From positions 1 to 60,257 of the forward strand of contig CAZFJK010000004.1 in NCBI GenBank assembly GCA_964519225.1: DNA of 60,257 bases, read 5' to 3'. The stretch's first letter is position 1; every line of letters begins with the position of its first letter. This DNA is from an uncultured Methanosarcinales archaeon. GTDB taxonomy: Archaea; Nanobdellota; Nanobdellia; Woesearchaeales; B54-G15. This document shows, in pieces, positions 10,137 to 20,300 of the stretch. Below the pieces are notes generated by a model. The model searched no databases. It saw only the letters and a program-made list of their open reading frames with translations, and was not told where the DNA came from. The position numbers and the translations under genes are program-made.

Positions 10137-10877
10137 TTAACCTTCCATATTCTCCATTAACTTGTATTTTTCATATCTTCTTTTTAGTGCTTCTCTTTGA
10201 AGAGCACAAATCTGCAAACATACTTTTTTAGCCAGTTCCAAAGCTTTCTGCAATTGTTCGCTGCTTACTTTCCCATCCATTTGCAGCAAGCTAAATTTAT
10301 CACGTCGTGGCATATAAGCAACAGGAATATCAGCAACCTCTCCTGGATAGGCTTCTTCATCATAAATCAAATCCGCAATCAAATTCCCATTTACATAACC
10401 AACAGCAACAGCAGAAACCAAGTCATACATTTCAATGCCAGCATCAGCCAAAGCCATTGCAGCTGCGGTTATGCCTGCACATCTCGTTCCTGCATCTGTT
10501 TGAGGCAGCTCAATAAAAACATCCACAACAGCATTAGGATATTTTGTTAAATCAATAGCAGGAGTTAAAGCTTTTTCAGTAACAAGAGATATCTCCATTG
10601 CTCTCCTGCTTGGTCCCGGCCTTATCCTTTCGCCTTTGCTTGAAAATGGAAGCATATTGTAATAACATCGTAGCAGACCATGTTTTGGATTTTGTAAGAA
10701 TTTTGGATATAAACTCCTAGGCCCATAAACAGCGGCATAAGCAACTGTTTTACCTATTTGGAACCTTGCACTGCCGTCAGCCCTGCTTACAACACCAACT
10801 TCAGCTTTAATCGGTCTTATCTCATCGTATGCTCTTCCATCAGGCCTTTTAAAACCTTTAAATTCTGTCTTTTTCAT
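10137..10877 (-). CDS. rrp41: Exosome exonuclease Rrp41
   Basis: RPDGR, ADGSA, YGPR, GPSRR, DAGTR and LLQMDG. Confidence 0.95.
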   Translation of the reverse strand: MKKTEFKGFKRPDGRAYDEIRPIKAEVGVVSRADGSARFQIGKTVAYAAVYGPRSLYPKFLQNPKHGLLRCYYNMLPFSSKGERIRPGPSRRAMEISLVTEKALTPAIDLTKYPNAVVDVFIELPQTDAGTRCAGITAAAMALADAGIEMYDLVSAVAVGYVNGNLIADLIYDEEAYPGEVADIPVAYMPRRDKFSLLQMDGKVSSEQLQKALELAKKVCLQICALQREALKRRYEKYKLMENMEG

Positions 10878-10878
10878 T

Positions 10879-11592
10879 TTATTCTTTTTGCAATTCAATT
10901 TTTTTGCCGGTTTCTTTTTCTAAATAAGCGTGGATCTTTTCAGTTAATCCAGGAATATGGCTTTCTTCTTCAATCGTTTTTATCGCATTTACAGCAATTA
11001 ACTCCATCTTTGGATCAACACTTTTTATCCAGATAACTCCATTTTGTCCCACAATAATGTTGCAACCTGTAGCTTGTTTGATCATGTTCAGCATGCTCCC
11101 TCTTTTTCCTATTATTCTTGGAACCTTATTCGGATTCACCTTAATTATTCTTCCGCCAATCAGCTTTTTCAGTCCAGGACCTTTTGTTGTTACATCAACT
11201 AACATTTGGGGCGTAACATTGATTATTTTACAAACAATATAATCATTAAAATCAAAGAATCTTGTCAAGTCGCTGCCTTTAGCAACATATTCAGTTACTG
11301 CATCTCTTACATTCAACATTGCAGGATAAGCAGATTCAGTATCAACGAGCCAGCCACTAATCAATATCTCTTTTATTCTGCCTATAATAACATCGTCTCT
11401 TCTTGGAATGTATCTTCCACTTAACGCTATCAGTTTTATAAGCTTTCCTTCGAAATGTATTAAGCCAACTCTCGACGCAACTATTTGATTGTCCTCTCGT
11501 CTTACTCCAGGCCCAAGAATAAAATCCCTCCCTTCTGCGACAACTTCTCCAGGAACTACAATGCTTTTGTCCTTCACTAATTGTTTTCCCAT
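10879..11592 (-). CDS. rrp4: Exosome cap subunit Rrp4 (S1+KH)
   Basis: VVPGE, YIPRRDDVIIG, VPRIIGKRGSM and GQNG. Confidence 0.95.
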   Translation of the reverse strand: MGKQLVKDKSIVVPGEVVAEGRDFILGPGVRREDNQIVASRVGLIHFEGKLIKLIALSGRYIPRRDDVIIGRIKEILISGWLVDTESAYPAMLNVRDAVTEYVAKGSDLTRFFDFNDYIVCKIINVTPQMLVDVTTKGPGLKKLIGGRIIKVNPNKVPRIIGKRGSMLNMIKQATGCNIIVGQNGVIWIKSVDPKMELIAVNAIKTIEEESHIPGLTEKIHAYLEKETGKKIELQKE

Positions 11593-12296
11593 TATTCATG
11601 CACCTTCAAAAGCTTTGTTTCAACAGTACCATGTGTAATCTTATTAAGCTGATCATAAAACTCTTCCTCTATTCCGCCAGGAATTTCAACAACTGCAATC
11701 CAACTACCATCGCTTTGCCACTCTTGCTTTAAAATCTTTCCGCTTTTTTGAACAAAAGGACAAGCTTTTCCAGCATAATCTGCTTTAATTTTTATTGCAA
11801 TTTCTTTCTTAGCAAACCTTATCGGCAGTATTGGTCTTATCTGTTTCAGAATCGGTTCAACCTGTTCAGCTGCTGGCTTTGTTTCGTCGATTTTAACCTT
11901 TGCCTCTTCAAGCGCTGCCTCTAACCTTACAGGTGGATGTGGTGCATTTGTTCTTGGATCAATTCCGTTTCTGTGCAGAATGTCAATTATTTGCCGCTTT
12001 ACCTGTTCCCTCAATTTTTCTCTGTAAGCAGCAGTAAGCTGAACCTCTCCTTCTTTGATTATAATCTTTGCCACCTCATAAGGGTCTGCTGTTCCAAATA
12101 TTGCTTCCATTCTTTTTTCACTTGCTGCAAGTCCTTTTTTTGCATCACTGAAAACCTCGCCAACAGCAAGAACATCATCCATCGAAACACTCTTTCCTTC
12201 TTTAAGAGCCATAGCCTTTTCACAATCTACAAGAACCTCAAATGTTTCACCATTCCGCTTTAGTCTTGCTATAACTGCTTTCTCAATACTAACCAT
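11592..12296 (-). CDS. Ribosome maturation factor SBDS/Sdo1
   Basis: [23 protein letters not shown] and [10 protein letters not shown]. Confidence 0.95.
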   Translation of the reverse strand: MVSIEKAVIARLKRNGETFEVLVDCEKAMALKEGKSVSMDDVLAVGEVFSDAKKGLAASEKRMEAIFGTADPYEVAKIIIKEGEVQLTAAYREKLREQVKRQIIDILHRNGIDPRTNAPHPPVRLEAALEEAKVKIDETKPAAEQVEPILKQIRPILPIRFAKKEIAIKIKADYAGKACPFVQKSGKILKQEWQSDGSWIAVVEIPGGIEEEFYDQLNKITHGTVETKLLKVHE

Positions 12297-12302
12297 TTTT
12301 GT

Positions 12303-13025
12303 CTATCTTTTTGCAAAATCTTCGATTTCTTTCTTTGTCAATTTTGTATATTTTTTGTCTTTCACACTGATATATGCGCAATCTAACCTATTCACATCAA
12401 AACCCTCGCCTATCGCTTTTTTCAAAGCTTTTATGCAAAGCTTAATTGCATCCATAAGCGGCATCTCTTCTTTGTATTGTTTTTTAAGGATCTTCTCTAC
12501 TTCTGCTTCACCCTCACCAATAGCTGCTGCTTTGTACTGAAAGAATATTCCGGTAGGGTCAGTTTCATACAGCTTTGGTACACCATCAGGATCGATGCCT
12601 GTAATCAGCAATGCAACACCAAAAGGCCTTAAACCAGCTGTTTGTGTGCAAATCTGCTTTAAATTTGCAACATCTTTAACTATCGAAAGTACATCTATTG
12701 GAGCGTCATAAGTTACTCTGTGTTGCTGTGCTTTAAGCTGCGCCCTCTCAACCAAAACCCTTGCATCAGAGAGTATTCCGCTCGCACTTGCTCCGATATG
12801 ATCATCAATCTTAAAGGTTTTTTCAACGCTTTCTGGAACAATCAAACCATCAATAATGCGTTTATCAGCTATCAAGGCTACTCCTTCTTTTACCTGAATT
12901 CCAATAGCTGTACTGCCTTGCTTTACTGTTTTTTTTGCATACTCTACCTGAAGCAATCTTCCTTCAGGACTAAACATAGTAATAGCTCTGTCATATCCCA
13001 TTAATTGATAAGGCATGGGTTGCAT
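12303..13025 (-). CDS. psmA: Proteasome alpha subunit
   Basis: GYDRAITMFSPEGRLLQVEYA, RPFGV and ETDPTG. Confidence 0.96.
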   Translation of the reverse strand: MQPMPYQLMGYDRAITMFSPEGRLLQVEYAKKTVKQGSTAIGIQVKEGVALIADKRIIDGLIVPESVEKTFKIDDHIGASASGILSDARVLVERAQLKAQQHRVTYDAPIDVLSIVKDVANLKQICTQTAGLRPFGVALLITGIDPDGVPKLYETDPTGIFFQYKAAAIGEGEAEVEKILKKQYKEEMPLMDAIKLCIKALKKAIGEGFDVNRLDCAYISVKDKKYTKLTKKEIEDFAKR

Positions 13026-13030
13026 CTTTT

Positions 13031-13420
13031 TTACACCTCCTTATTGATTGTTTGCTTTGATTTTTCAGCAAATATGCTCTTCGCCTTTTTAATTGTACCG
13101 CTTGTTGCAACGCTTTTTACTAAAACATCGGCATTATTAATACGTTTCACAAATAAAAAACTGCTTTTTAATGCGTCCTTCCATACGTGGCTTGTACGCA
13201 AAATTCCTTTGCTTTTTGCTTTGTTCCAGCTAATAAGCATTGGTCCTGCACCTGCAAGACCAAACTGACCGAAAAGATCGTCAAAAGCCCTATAGATAGC
13301 ATCAAATATCGCAGAACTATCAAATTTCGCTTTTGAAATCACTTCAAAAACAATATAGCGATTTCTTTCCCTTAAGCTCGGTAACAGAGGTTTTATCAAG
13401 CGCCTTTTGATTTCATTCAC
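13031..13420 (-). CDS. rnp2: RNase P protein Pop5/Rpp14 (start uncertain: GTG 13420 or TTG 13399)
   Basis: LPSLRERNRYIVFEV and TSGTIKKA; first gene of the exosome superoperon. Confidence 0.88.
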   Translation of the reverse strand: MNEIKRRLIKPLLPSLRERNRYIVFEVISKAKFDSSAIFDAIYRAFDDLFGQFGLAGAGPMLISWNKAKSKGILRTSHVWKDALKSSFLFVKRINNADVLVKSVATSGTIKKAKSIFAEKSKQTINKEV

Positions 13421-13752
13421 CCCCCTAGAAGGCTCTTCTTCTTTTTTTCTGCCCTTCTCTCTTTTGTATTCAAGAAAAAAACCTAATTTAAAAATCTTAC
13501 TGCAATACATCATATTTCTTAAAAACCCCAAAATGCTTTTATATAAAAAACTACTAAAGTTCCAAACAAATGCAAACCATAAAAAATCTGGCAAAAGCAT
13601 TTACTGGCAAAGTCAAGCAAATTTCAATAGAAACAACAGCACAAGCAGAGTTCACCAAAAAAATGTCCTTCTTGCAATCATCCAACAAATTACTTCCAAC
13701 TCCTTTGTGAAGAATATACTAATGAAGAAATAAGAAATCGACTAATTTAAAA

Positions 13753-14391
13753 ATGTCCAAACAAGCTTTGCTCAATTTAGTTAGCAAACTTAAAAGGTCA
13801 AAAATTAGAGAAAAAGTTAAAAAGCAAATCCATAGCTTTGAACAGCTCGGTAAAAAAGGCAAGCACGACAAAAAAACCTTGTTCAAAGAACTTTGCTTTT
13901 GCATCTTAACAGCAAACTATAATGCAGAAAAAGCAATCAAGCTTCAGCAAGAAATAAACAACGGATTTCTTAAATTAAACAAAAAATCGTTAGTTAAAAA
14001 ACTAAAAACGCTTGGATATAGATTTCCAAATACAAGGGCAAGCTACATCATAGATGCAAGAAAACATTTCTTTTCACTTAACTTTAACCTGACTGAGGAC
14101 AGCAAAATGCTAAGAGCTTTGCTCAGAGAGAATATCAAAGGTATTGGCATGAAAGAAGCAAGCCATTTTCTTAGAAACATCGGAATCAAAGATGTTGCAA
14201 TAATCGACTTTCATATCCTTGATGTACTTTTAAGTTATGGTTTATTAAAACAAAAACCAAAGACGCTATCAAAAAGAACCTACTTGAAAATAGAACGTCT
14301 TTTGAAAAAGATCGCAAACAAACTTAACATTTCGCTTGCTGAGCTCGACCTTTATTTGTGGTATGCTGAAACAGGAAAGATTTTGAAATGA
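13753..14391 (+). CDS. ogg: 8-oxoguanine DNA glycosylase/AP lyase (Ogg2 type)
   Basis: ELCFCILTAN, YRFPNTRA, KGIGMKEASHFLRN, AIIDFHI and ELDLYLWY. Confidence 0.93.
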   Translation: MSKQALLNLVSKLKRSKIREKVKKQIHSFEQLGKKGKHDKKTLFKELCFCILTANYNAEKAIKLQQEINNGFLKLNKKSLVKKLKTLGYRFPNTRASYIIDARKHFFSLNFNLTEDSKMLRALLRENIKGIGMKEASHFLRNIGIKDVAIIDFHILDVLLSYGLLKQKPKTLSKRTYLKIERLLKKIANKLNISLAELDLYLWYAETGKILK

Positions 14392-14392
14392 A

Positions 14393-15124
14393 CTAATATC
14401 TTCTTAACTTAAACTCGTCAATTATCTTTTTCAGCCCGTCTTTATTCAAGTGCAAAAAGCTCTTCTCCGAAAAATAGATCTCTGCATCAGGCAGGTCCCA
14501 GAGCAAAGTGTTTACTTTCTTGAGAAAGCCTGTTCTAACGATCAAGTCAGGAGGCAGAAAATAACCCGCATAAGTATTTTCTTTAAATACCTGTTCATTT
14601 ATCATTTCAGGGTCAATCTTCCCAATTTGAACTTGCTTTGCTATAAGCTTGCACGCATCCAAGATTTCTTCCCTTCCATCATAGTTAATACAAAAATTTA
14701 AAAAAAACGAATCATAGCGCTTTGTTTCCTCAATTATTTTCTTTGCTATTTCAACAACCTCGCTTGGCAACCTATACCATTTTCCGAAAAAAGAAACCTT
14801 TACCATATTTTTATGAATAAATTCTGCTTTACTCAGCCACTGTAAAAATTCTCCGAGCTTTGCTACGGCAGACATAAAATACTCCTTAGCTTGAGCATAT
14901 TCAGGCAGGATATCAACAGTAAAGATTGGTATGTTCAATTCAACTTGTAAACTTATTAGTTCCTTCAATCTTTCAAAAGCCTTTTCATAAGCCCTTGAAA
15001 ATTCAACATTATCTTTTTGTGCTTGGTATGCTATACCCCGTGCAATCAGAACAAGATGCCTAATAACCCTTCCTTTAGCTGATTCGTTCTGCTTCTTCAA
15101 TAAACTAAATATCTTTTCAAGCAC
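14393..15124 (-). CDS. cis-prenyltransferase (UppS) family protein with degenerate catalytic motif
   Basis: INYDGREEI, PPDLIVRTG and LLWD..DAEIYF are present, but the HxxxIxDGNxR motif reads HLVLIARGIAY. Confidence 0.8.
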   Translation of the reverse strand: MLEKIFSLLKKQNESAKGRVIRHLVLIARGIAYQAQKDNVEFSRAYEKAFERLKELISLQVELNIPIFTVDILPEYAQAKEYFMSAVAKLGEFLQWLSKAEFIHKNMVKVSFFGKWYRLPSEVVEIAKKIIEETKRYDSFFLNFCINYDGREEILDACKLIAKQVQIGKIDPEMINEQVFKENTYAGYFLPPDLIVRTGFLKKVNTLLWDLPDAEIYFSEKSFLHLNKDGLKKIIDEFKLRRY

Positions 15125-15177
15125 ACAGCAACTATCGAAAAAGAAATTTTAAATATTTTGTTTTATTCGACAGTAAA

Positions 15178-16023
15178 ATGCTTGCAATCCCAGTTGATCA
15201 CATAATCTTACATTCAATAACCCTTACAGTTTTAACGTTTGCTGCAATCTCAGACCTGAAAAAAAGAGAAGTTCCAAATTTTCTTTCTTTTTTCATTCTC
15301 TTTTCAGCCATTGGCATAAGAATGATATCTTTCGTCTATAATCCATCATTGAATGCAGCTATCGAGCCATTATTCGGTTTAATATTTGCTCTACCGGTGG
15401 CTTTTGCCTTATATTACTTAAAGCAGTGGGGCGGGGCTGATGCAAAGCTTTTCATTGCTTTAGGCATTGCTTTGGGCTGGTCTCAAGAAAGGTTTTCAAT
15501 CATAAATTTCAGCCTACTCCTCTTAGTCGCTGGTGGACTATACGGCATTGCCTCCTTGCTCTACTTAGCTATAAAGCAAAGAAAAAAACTTGATTTTAGA
15601 AAAGAATTAAAGAAAAGAAAAAAGTCTTTTCTCTTTGCCATCTTTGCTACATTGACCATCATTTTGCTTTCATTTAAATTCATTCAAATTCTTCCATTTG
15701 CTCTACTCCCGATTCTTGCTTTTTTTGCATTCATATTCGCAAAAAAGATAGACAAGCTTTTCATTAAAAAGATTCCACCAGAGAAGCTCGTCGAAGGCGA
15801 TTGGATAACTCAAACATGCAAAGAAGGCAAGAAAATAATCTGTACGCCAAAAACAATAGCCACAAAAAAAATAATCAAAAAACTCATCGCACTAAAGAAA
15901 AAGAAAAAGATAAACTACATAAAAATCAAAGAAGGAATCCCGTTCATTCCTCCTTTTCTTATCGCATTCATTCTACTTTACTTCTTTAATGCATTAATCC
16001 TGTTCCAAAATCTTTTTGGCTAG
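15178..16023 (+). CDS. A24 prepilin/preflagellin peptidase
   Basis: Polytopic membrane protein with SDLKKREVPN, GGADAKL, LVEGDWI and GIPFIP. Confidence 0.9.
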   Translation: MLAIPVDHIILHSITLTVLTFAAISDLKKREVPNFLSFFILFSAIGIRMISFVYNPSLNAAIEPLFGLIFALPVAFALYYLKQWGGADAKLFIALGIALGWSQERFSIINFSLLLLVAGGLYGIASLLYLAIKQRKKLDFRKELKKRKKSFLFAIFATLTIILLSFKFIQILPFALLPILAFFAFIFAKKIDKLFIKKIPPEKLVEGDWITQTCKEGKKIICTPKTIATKKIIKKLIALKKKKKINYIKIKEGIPFIPPFLIAFILLYFFNALILFQNLFG

Positions 16024-16053
16024 AACTAAAAAAACTTCAAAATCCTCAAAAAC

Positions 16054-16575
16054 CTAAGGCAGTCTTTCGACGTGTTCAAGCAGGTAATCTTCTTTGCCTT
16101 CCTCTGCTTTTATTTCCTCTTTCTCTTCTTTGATCTCAATTGGCTTTTCCCTTTCCTTCTCAAAAATAATCTTTTCGGTGCATTGCTTTATCTTTAGTTC
16201 AATCGTGGACATCTCTTCCTCACCCAACTGCTTAGGTTTCCACTGAAAACTCAATCCGTCATTTTCAAATCTGGGAATCACGTGTAAACAAACATGCGGA
16301 ACTATTTGACCTGCAGCCCCGCCATTCTGCAAAATAATATTTGTTCCTTGCGCGTGAAGCGTTTCAAAAACAATCTTGCTAAGTTCATTAGCCGCATTGA
16401 ATAGCTTTCCAACGATTTTATCAGGAACTTGTTCAATAATCTGAAAATGCTTTTTCGGAAAGACAAGAATATGGCCCGGCACAGCAGGTTTAGGATTGAT
16501 GACAGCAGCTATATCATCATCCGCATAAAGTAATTCCTTTCCTTTTGCAAGTTCTTCACAAAAAATACATCTCAT
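16054..16575 (-). CDS. HIT-family protein (triad HxCxH)
   Basis: CIFC, PGHILVFPKKH and AGQIVPHVCLHVIPR. Confidence 0.88.
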   Translation of the reverse strand: MRCIFCEELAKGKELLYADDDIAAVINPKPAVPGHILVFPKKHFQIIEQVPDKIVGKLFNAANELSKIVFETLHAQGTNIILQNGGAAGQIVPHVCLHVIPRFENDGLSFQWKPKQLGEEEMSTIELKIKQCTEKIIFEKEREKPIEIKEEKEEIKAEEGKEDYLLEHVERLP

Positions 16576-17096
16576 TTTTCTTTGTTTTCTTTTTCTATTG
16601 GTTTTGTTCCTTCCTTAAGCCGTCTTTCAATTTCAGCAAGTTGTTCTTTTCCAAATTCTTTCATAGGAATCTCAAGACCAACTCCGTCACCTCGCTTCCT
16701 GGGTATTAAGTGTATCATGAAATGCTGCGCCCTTTGACCAGCAGCAGCACCATTGGCAATAAAAATGCTTACACCTTCTGCTTTCAGGGTTTTAAGCAAA
16801 CAATGAGAAAGATGTTTTACAACCCTCCCAATATGCTCAAGTTCTTCTTTTGGCACTAGCGGCATGATAGGATAATGTTCCTTTGGCAGTACAAGCAAAT
16901 GTCCAGGATTAGCTGGGTTTATATCAAGAACAGCTATGCAAATATCATCCTCATAAACCTTCCTCGAGGAAACCTTTCCAGCAACAATCTGACAAAAGAT
17001 GCACTGCTGCTTTTGAAAAGCTTTTAACTCTTCAGGAGACATCTGCTTAAGCTTCTCCTCCAGAGCTTTCAACTCTTCTTCGCTTAATTCCCTCAT
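16572..17096 (-). CDS. HIT-family protein (triad HxMxH)
   Basis: CIFC, DINPANPGHLLVLPKEH and AGQRAQHFMIHLIPR. Confidence 0.88.
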   Translation of the reverse strand: MRELSEEELKALEEKLKQMSPEELKAFQKQQCIFCQIVAGKVSSRKVYEDDICIAVLDINPANPGHLLVLPKEHYPIMPLVPKEELEHIGRVVKHLSHCLLKTLKAEGVSIFIANGAAAGQRAQHFMIHLIPRKRGDGVGLEIPMKEFGKEQLAEIERRLKEGTKPIEKENKEK

Positions 17097-17143
17097 ATTC
17101 CAGTCCAAAGACTGCTCTTATTTTAAGTCTTTCTATTTGATAT

Positions 17144-17687
17144 TTATCCAAGAATATCTGCAATCTTATTAACAAATTTCCTTGCATCCTCAATCGTTAT
17201 CTCAGCCAAATATTTTTCAAAAGAGATACTCCCTGAATAACTTGCTTTTTCTCTTCTCTCTTTTGCTCTGCCAATTTCTTTTATCTCTTCCTCGCTTAGT
17301 TCAAACACCCTAGAAAGCCTTTCAATATCACGTCTTTCTAAAGTTTTACCCAAGCATTCTTTGCAAAGCACGCAAATAGTTGCTAAATGAGTGTTTGTTT
17401 TATAACCTAACTTATAAAGTAAGGCTATAGCTGAATGGTACATCGCATAATAAGAAATTATTACAACCCAATCGAAATAAGTTTCTTCCTCCAATCTTTT
17501 ATTGATTTTGTCTTGATTCTTATAAAGTAAAATTTGCAAAATCTAAATTATGAAATGCCTTGTTTAAATGAATTTTAACAAGTCTTTGATTTGGAATAAT
17601 CCTTCTAATTGTTTTGTCTGCTAAATAATGTTTAAAGTCTCTTTTTAATGATTTCTTGTTAAACAACCAGATCTGCCATCGCTTCAT
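17144..17687 (-). pseudogene. HEPN-domain gene interrupted by a frameshift at ~17530
   Basis: ATG 17687 overlaps the MNT stop and reads MKRWQIW...HLNKAFHNLDFANFTL* (TAA at 17520-17522). The rest (SYYAMYH, TNTH, RREKASY) is in the +1 frame. Confidence 0.75.
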
Positions 17688-18307
17688 TCTAACACCAATC
17701 TGAAGAATAATTCTCCACCCTCTAAAAGAAAATGGTTTTCTATAACTTCTTTAACAAACGCCTTCTTTTGTCTAAATTCATCAAGTTTCATTAAATATGG
17801 ACTTACCCTTAATCCAGTTCTCCCATTGATGAGCTCGACTAAATCTTCAATCTTTTTGATTTCGTCTTTCGAAAATTTCTCTTTTATTAATAGTAGATCA
17901 ATGTCGGATGTTTTAATTGAGTATCCTTTAACATAAGAACCGAAAATTAACATTATTAAATAGTTCTTATACTTCTCCTTAAACATTCCTAACGCTCTTT
18001 CTAATTTTTTATTTTTCTCTAAAAAATTGAGTGTTCTATTATATTCGACCACACTTAAAATAGAATAAACAAATGGATTTTTATTTAAAAAGTAATACTT
18101 AACATTTGCTTCTGTCTTAGTTTTAAAAATATTAATCTTCGTAAGTTTTCTTAAAGCTCTTAAAGTTCTCGGTCTCGTAAGTTTTGTCTTTTTAGTTATT
18201 TCAGCGAAATAATGTTTATCTAAATCTAGAAATAACTCCAAAACTTTAAGTTCTGCGATCGTAAAAGGTGTATGATTCTTGTACATAAGTGTACGATTAA
18301 CATACAT
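17684..18307 (-). CDS. wHTH-MNT nucleotidyltransferase (alternative start 18286)
   Basis: N-terminal HTH (FAEITKKTKLTRPRTLRALRKL) followed by FGSYVKGYSIKTSDIDL. Confidence 0.9.
   Translation of the reverse strand: MYVNRTLMYKNHTPFTIAELKVLELFLDLDKHYFAEITKKTKLTRPRTLRALRKLTKINIFKTKTEANVKYYFLNKNPFVYSILSVVEYNRTLNFLEKNKKLERALGMFKEKYKNYLIMLIFGSYVKGYSIKTSDIDLLLIKEKFSKDEIKKIEDLVELINGRTGLRVSPYLMKLDEFRQKKAFVKEVIENHFLLEGGELFFRLVLE
18269..18306. promoter_or_regulatory. Symmetric operator-like inverted repeat at the wHTH-MNT start
   Basis: TGTATG-N6-GTACA-N4-TGTAC-N6-CATACA. Autoregulation is inferred. Confidence 0.5.
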
Positions 18308-18413
18308 ATATTAAAATCTTTTGTTTTTTTGTAAAACGAAACTCAAAGCAGCAAAAGAAATTGCAAAATTTTATAAACCAAGGCTATTTTTCGCTTAACG
18401 GTGGTGGTTAAAA

Positions 18414-20237
18414 ATGTCTAATGGTAAAAAAAATCAACCAGAAGGTTTTGCAAACATTCCAAAAGAATTACTTGAAAAACTACCTAAGGACGTCCAAGAA
18501 AAACTAAAGCAAATAAAGAAGGATCTCAACAAATTCACAAAAAAAGCCTTGGAAAAGTACGATAAAGAGATACTGGGCATAGCCCTGTTGCCACCACCAA
18601 AACCAGAGCCAGGGAAAAAGCCAGAGGAAAAAATCGATGTCCTTGTCTTGGCAGACGACTCAGAAACAAAAATGCCTCTTTTTGAATTTAAATCCAAGTT
18701 GTTAAAGGACCTTGTTGATATCGCAAAAAACATTAATGAAAAAATCATTGTCGAATTACTACCTTTATCAGAGCTCTGGCAAAATTGCTACGACGGCAAA
18801 TACGACTTGCTTAAGCTAATAGCCCTTTCTGCTCCTTTGCACGATAAAGGAATGCTTTCTGCAATAAAGATAGCAGAAGTTCATAAAAATATGGTTCTAA
18901 AAAAATTTGAAAAATATATTGTCAGTTACGTCCTTGCAGGCTCGCTTGTGCAAGGAAAAGCAACACCAACAAGCGACATTGACACTTGGGTAGTCATCGA
19001 TGACACAGATGTTAAAAAAATGACAAGAGCAGAACTGAAAGACAAGCTCAGGGCCATAATTATCGGCATGGCAATTGAAGCAGGCGAACTCACAGGAATA
19101 AGAAATAAACTGAACATACAGGTTTATATCCTTACTGATTTCTGGGAAAGCCTGAAAGAAGCAAATCCGGTTATATTTACTTTGCTCAGAGATGGAGTTC
19201 CATTCTACGACAGAGGAATTTTCATGCCCTGGAAGCTGTTGCTGAAAATGGGCCGCATAAAGCCAAGTCCAGAAGCAATTGACACATTCATGAGTAGTGG
19301 TGAAACAATACTCAAAAAAGCAAAGGCAAAGCTAACAGAAATCGGCCTAGAAGATCTTTTCTGGGCAACAATTACGCCTTCACAAGCAGCCCTAATGCTT
19401 TACGGTTTACCACCTCCAACGCCAAGAGAAACGCCAGAAATAATGAAAGAAATCTTCGTCAAGAAAGAGAGGCTTCTTGAAGAAAACTACGTGAAAATAC
19501 TCGAAAAAATACTTCAAGTTAGAAAAGACATAGAACACGGAAAAAGAAAGGAAATCAGCGGAAAGGAGCTCGATGAACTCCTTTCAGGAGCAGAGCGTTT
19601 CCTAAAAAGAATAAAAAGATTATTCGCGCAGATTGAAAAAGCAAAGCAGGAAGAAAGCATTCAAAGCATCTATGAAACAATAATCTCTGCTATTAGAGAT
19701 ATATTCATGCTCGAAGGCATAGAAAAAGCGATACCTGAGGATAAAATAAAAGAGTTTTTCAAAAAAGAATTGATCGATAGAGGAAAAATACCAGAAAAGT
19801 ATAACAGAATGCTTGCTTCTATAATCAAGGCAAAAAAAGATTTTGAAGAAGGAAAGCTCACAAAACAAGAAATAGACAAAGCAAGGCGTGAAAGCAGCGA
19901 ATTGCTGAGATATCTTGTTGAATATGTCCAAAGAAAACGAGCACGAGAACTTGAGAAAGCAAGATTGCGCATAAAGCATGGAAATCACTTTGGTGAAGTA
20001 ATCCTGCTCGAAAACAAAGCCTACATAATTCAAGATATTGACGCTAAAGAAAAAGAAATAAACAAAGCCAAAATAAAAGAAGACGGCTCTCTTGGACCGC
20101 TTGAAAAAGCAACAGCAGAAGAGCTTGAACACGATCTCGCAACAATAAAGCTTCCAAAAAAAGCATTAATTAAAGAAGCAACATTCGAATCGCTAAAAAG
20201 AATATTTGGCAAGGATCTCGAAATCGTTTTAGGCTAA
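18414..20237 (+). CDS. Multidomain nucleotidyltransferase (degenerate MNT + MNT + HEPN-like)
   Basis: KIDVLVLADD (degenerate copy), AGSLVQGKATPTSDIDTWVVIDD and a downstream RKDIEH (R-x4-H). Confidence 0.8.
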   Translation: MSNGKKNQPEGFANIPKELLEKLPKDVQEKLKQIKKDLNKFTKKALEKYDKEILGIALLPPPKPEPGKKPEEKIDVLVLADDSETKMPLFEFKSKLLKDLVDIAKNINEKIIVELLPLSELWQNCYDGKYDLLKLIALSAPLHDKGMLSAIKIAEVHKNMVLKKFEKYIVSYVLAGSLVQGKATPTSDIDTWVVIDDTDVKKMTRAELKDKLRAIIIGMAIEAGELTGIRNKLNIQVYILTDFWESLKEANPVIFTLLRDGVPFYDRGIFMPWKLLLKMGRIKPSPEAIDTFMSSGETILKKAKAKLTEIGLEDLFWATITPSQAALMLYGLPPPTPRETPEIMKEIFVKKERLLEENYVKILEKILQVRKDIEHGKRKEISGKELDELLSGAERFLKRIKRLFAQIEKAKQEESIQSIYETIISAIRDIFMLEGIEKAIPEDKIKEFFKKELIDRGKIPEKYNRMLASIIKAKKDFEEGKLTKQEIDKARRESSELLRYLVEYVQRKRARELEKARLRIKHGNHFGEVILLENKAYIIQDIDAKEKEINKAKIKEDGSLGPLEKATAEELEHDLATIKLPKKALIKEATFESLKRIFGKDLEIVLG

Positions 20238-20300
20238 ATCCAATTCAACAATATCCAATGTCCAGAAACTTTTATATAAATCTAAACGATTTTCTTTTCT

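Noticed and set aside
10330..10375. Rrp41 DLIYDEEAY in place of the usual DLxxxED, suggesting an inactive exosome
   Set aside because: The change is conservative with uncertain alignment, and the phosphate-binding GTR and second Asp (ADIP) are intact.
17525..17540. A-AAT-TTT slippery heptamer at the HEPN frameshift, suggesting programmed -1 frameshifting
   Set aside because: The downstream HEPN sequence is in the +1 frame; a -1 slip leads to a stop after about 22 codons.
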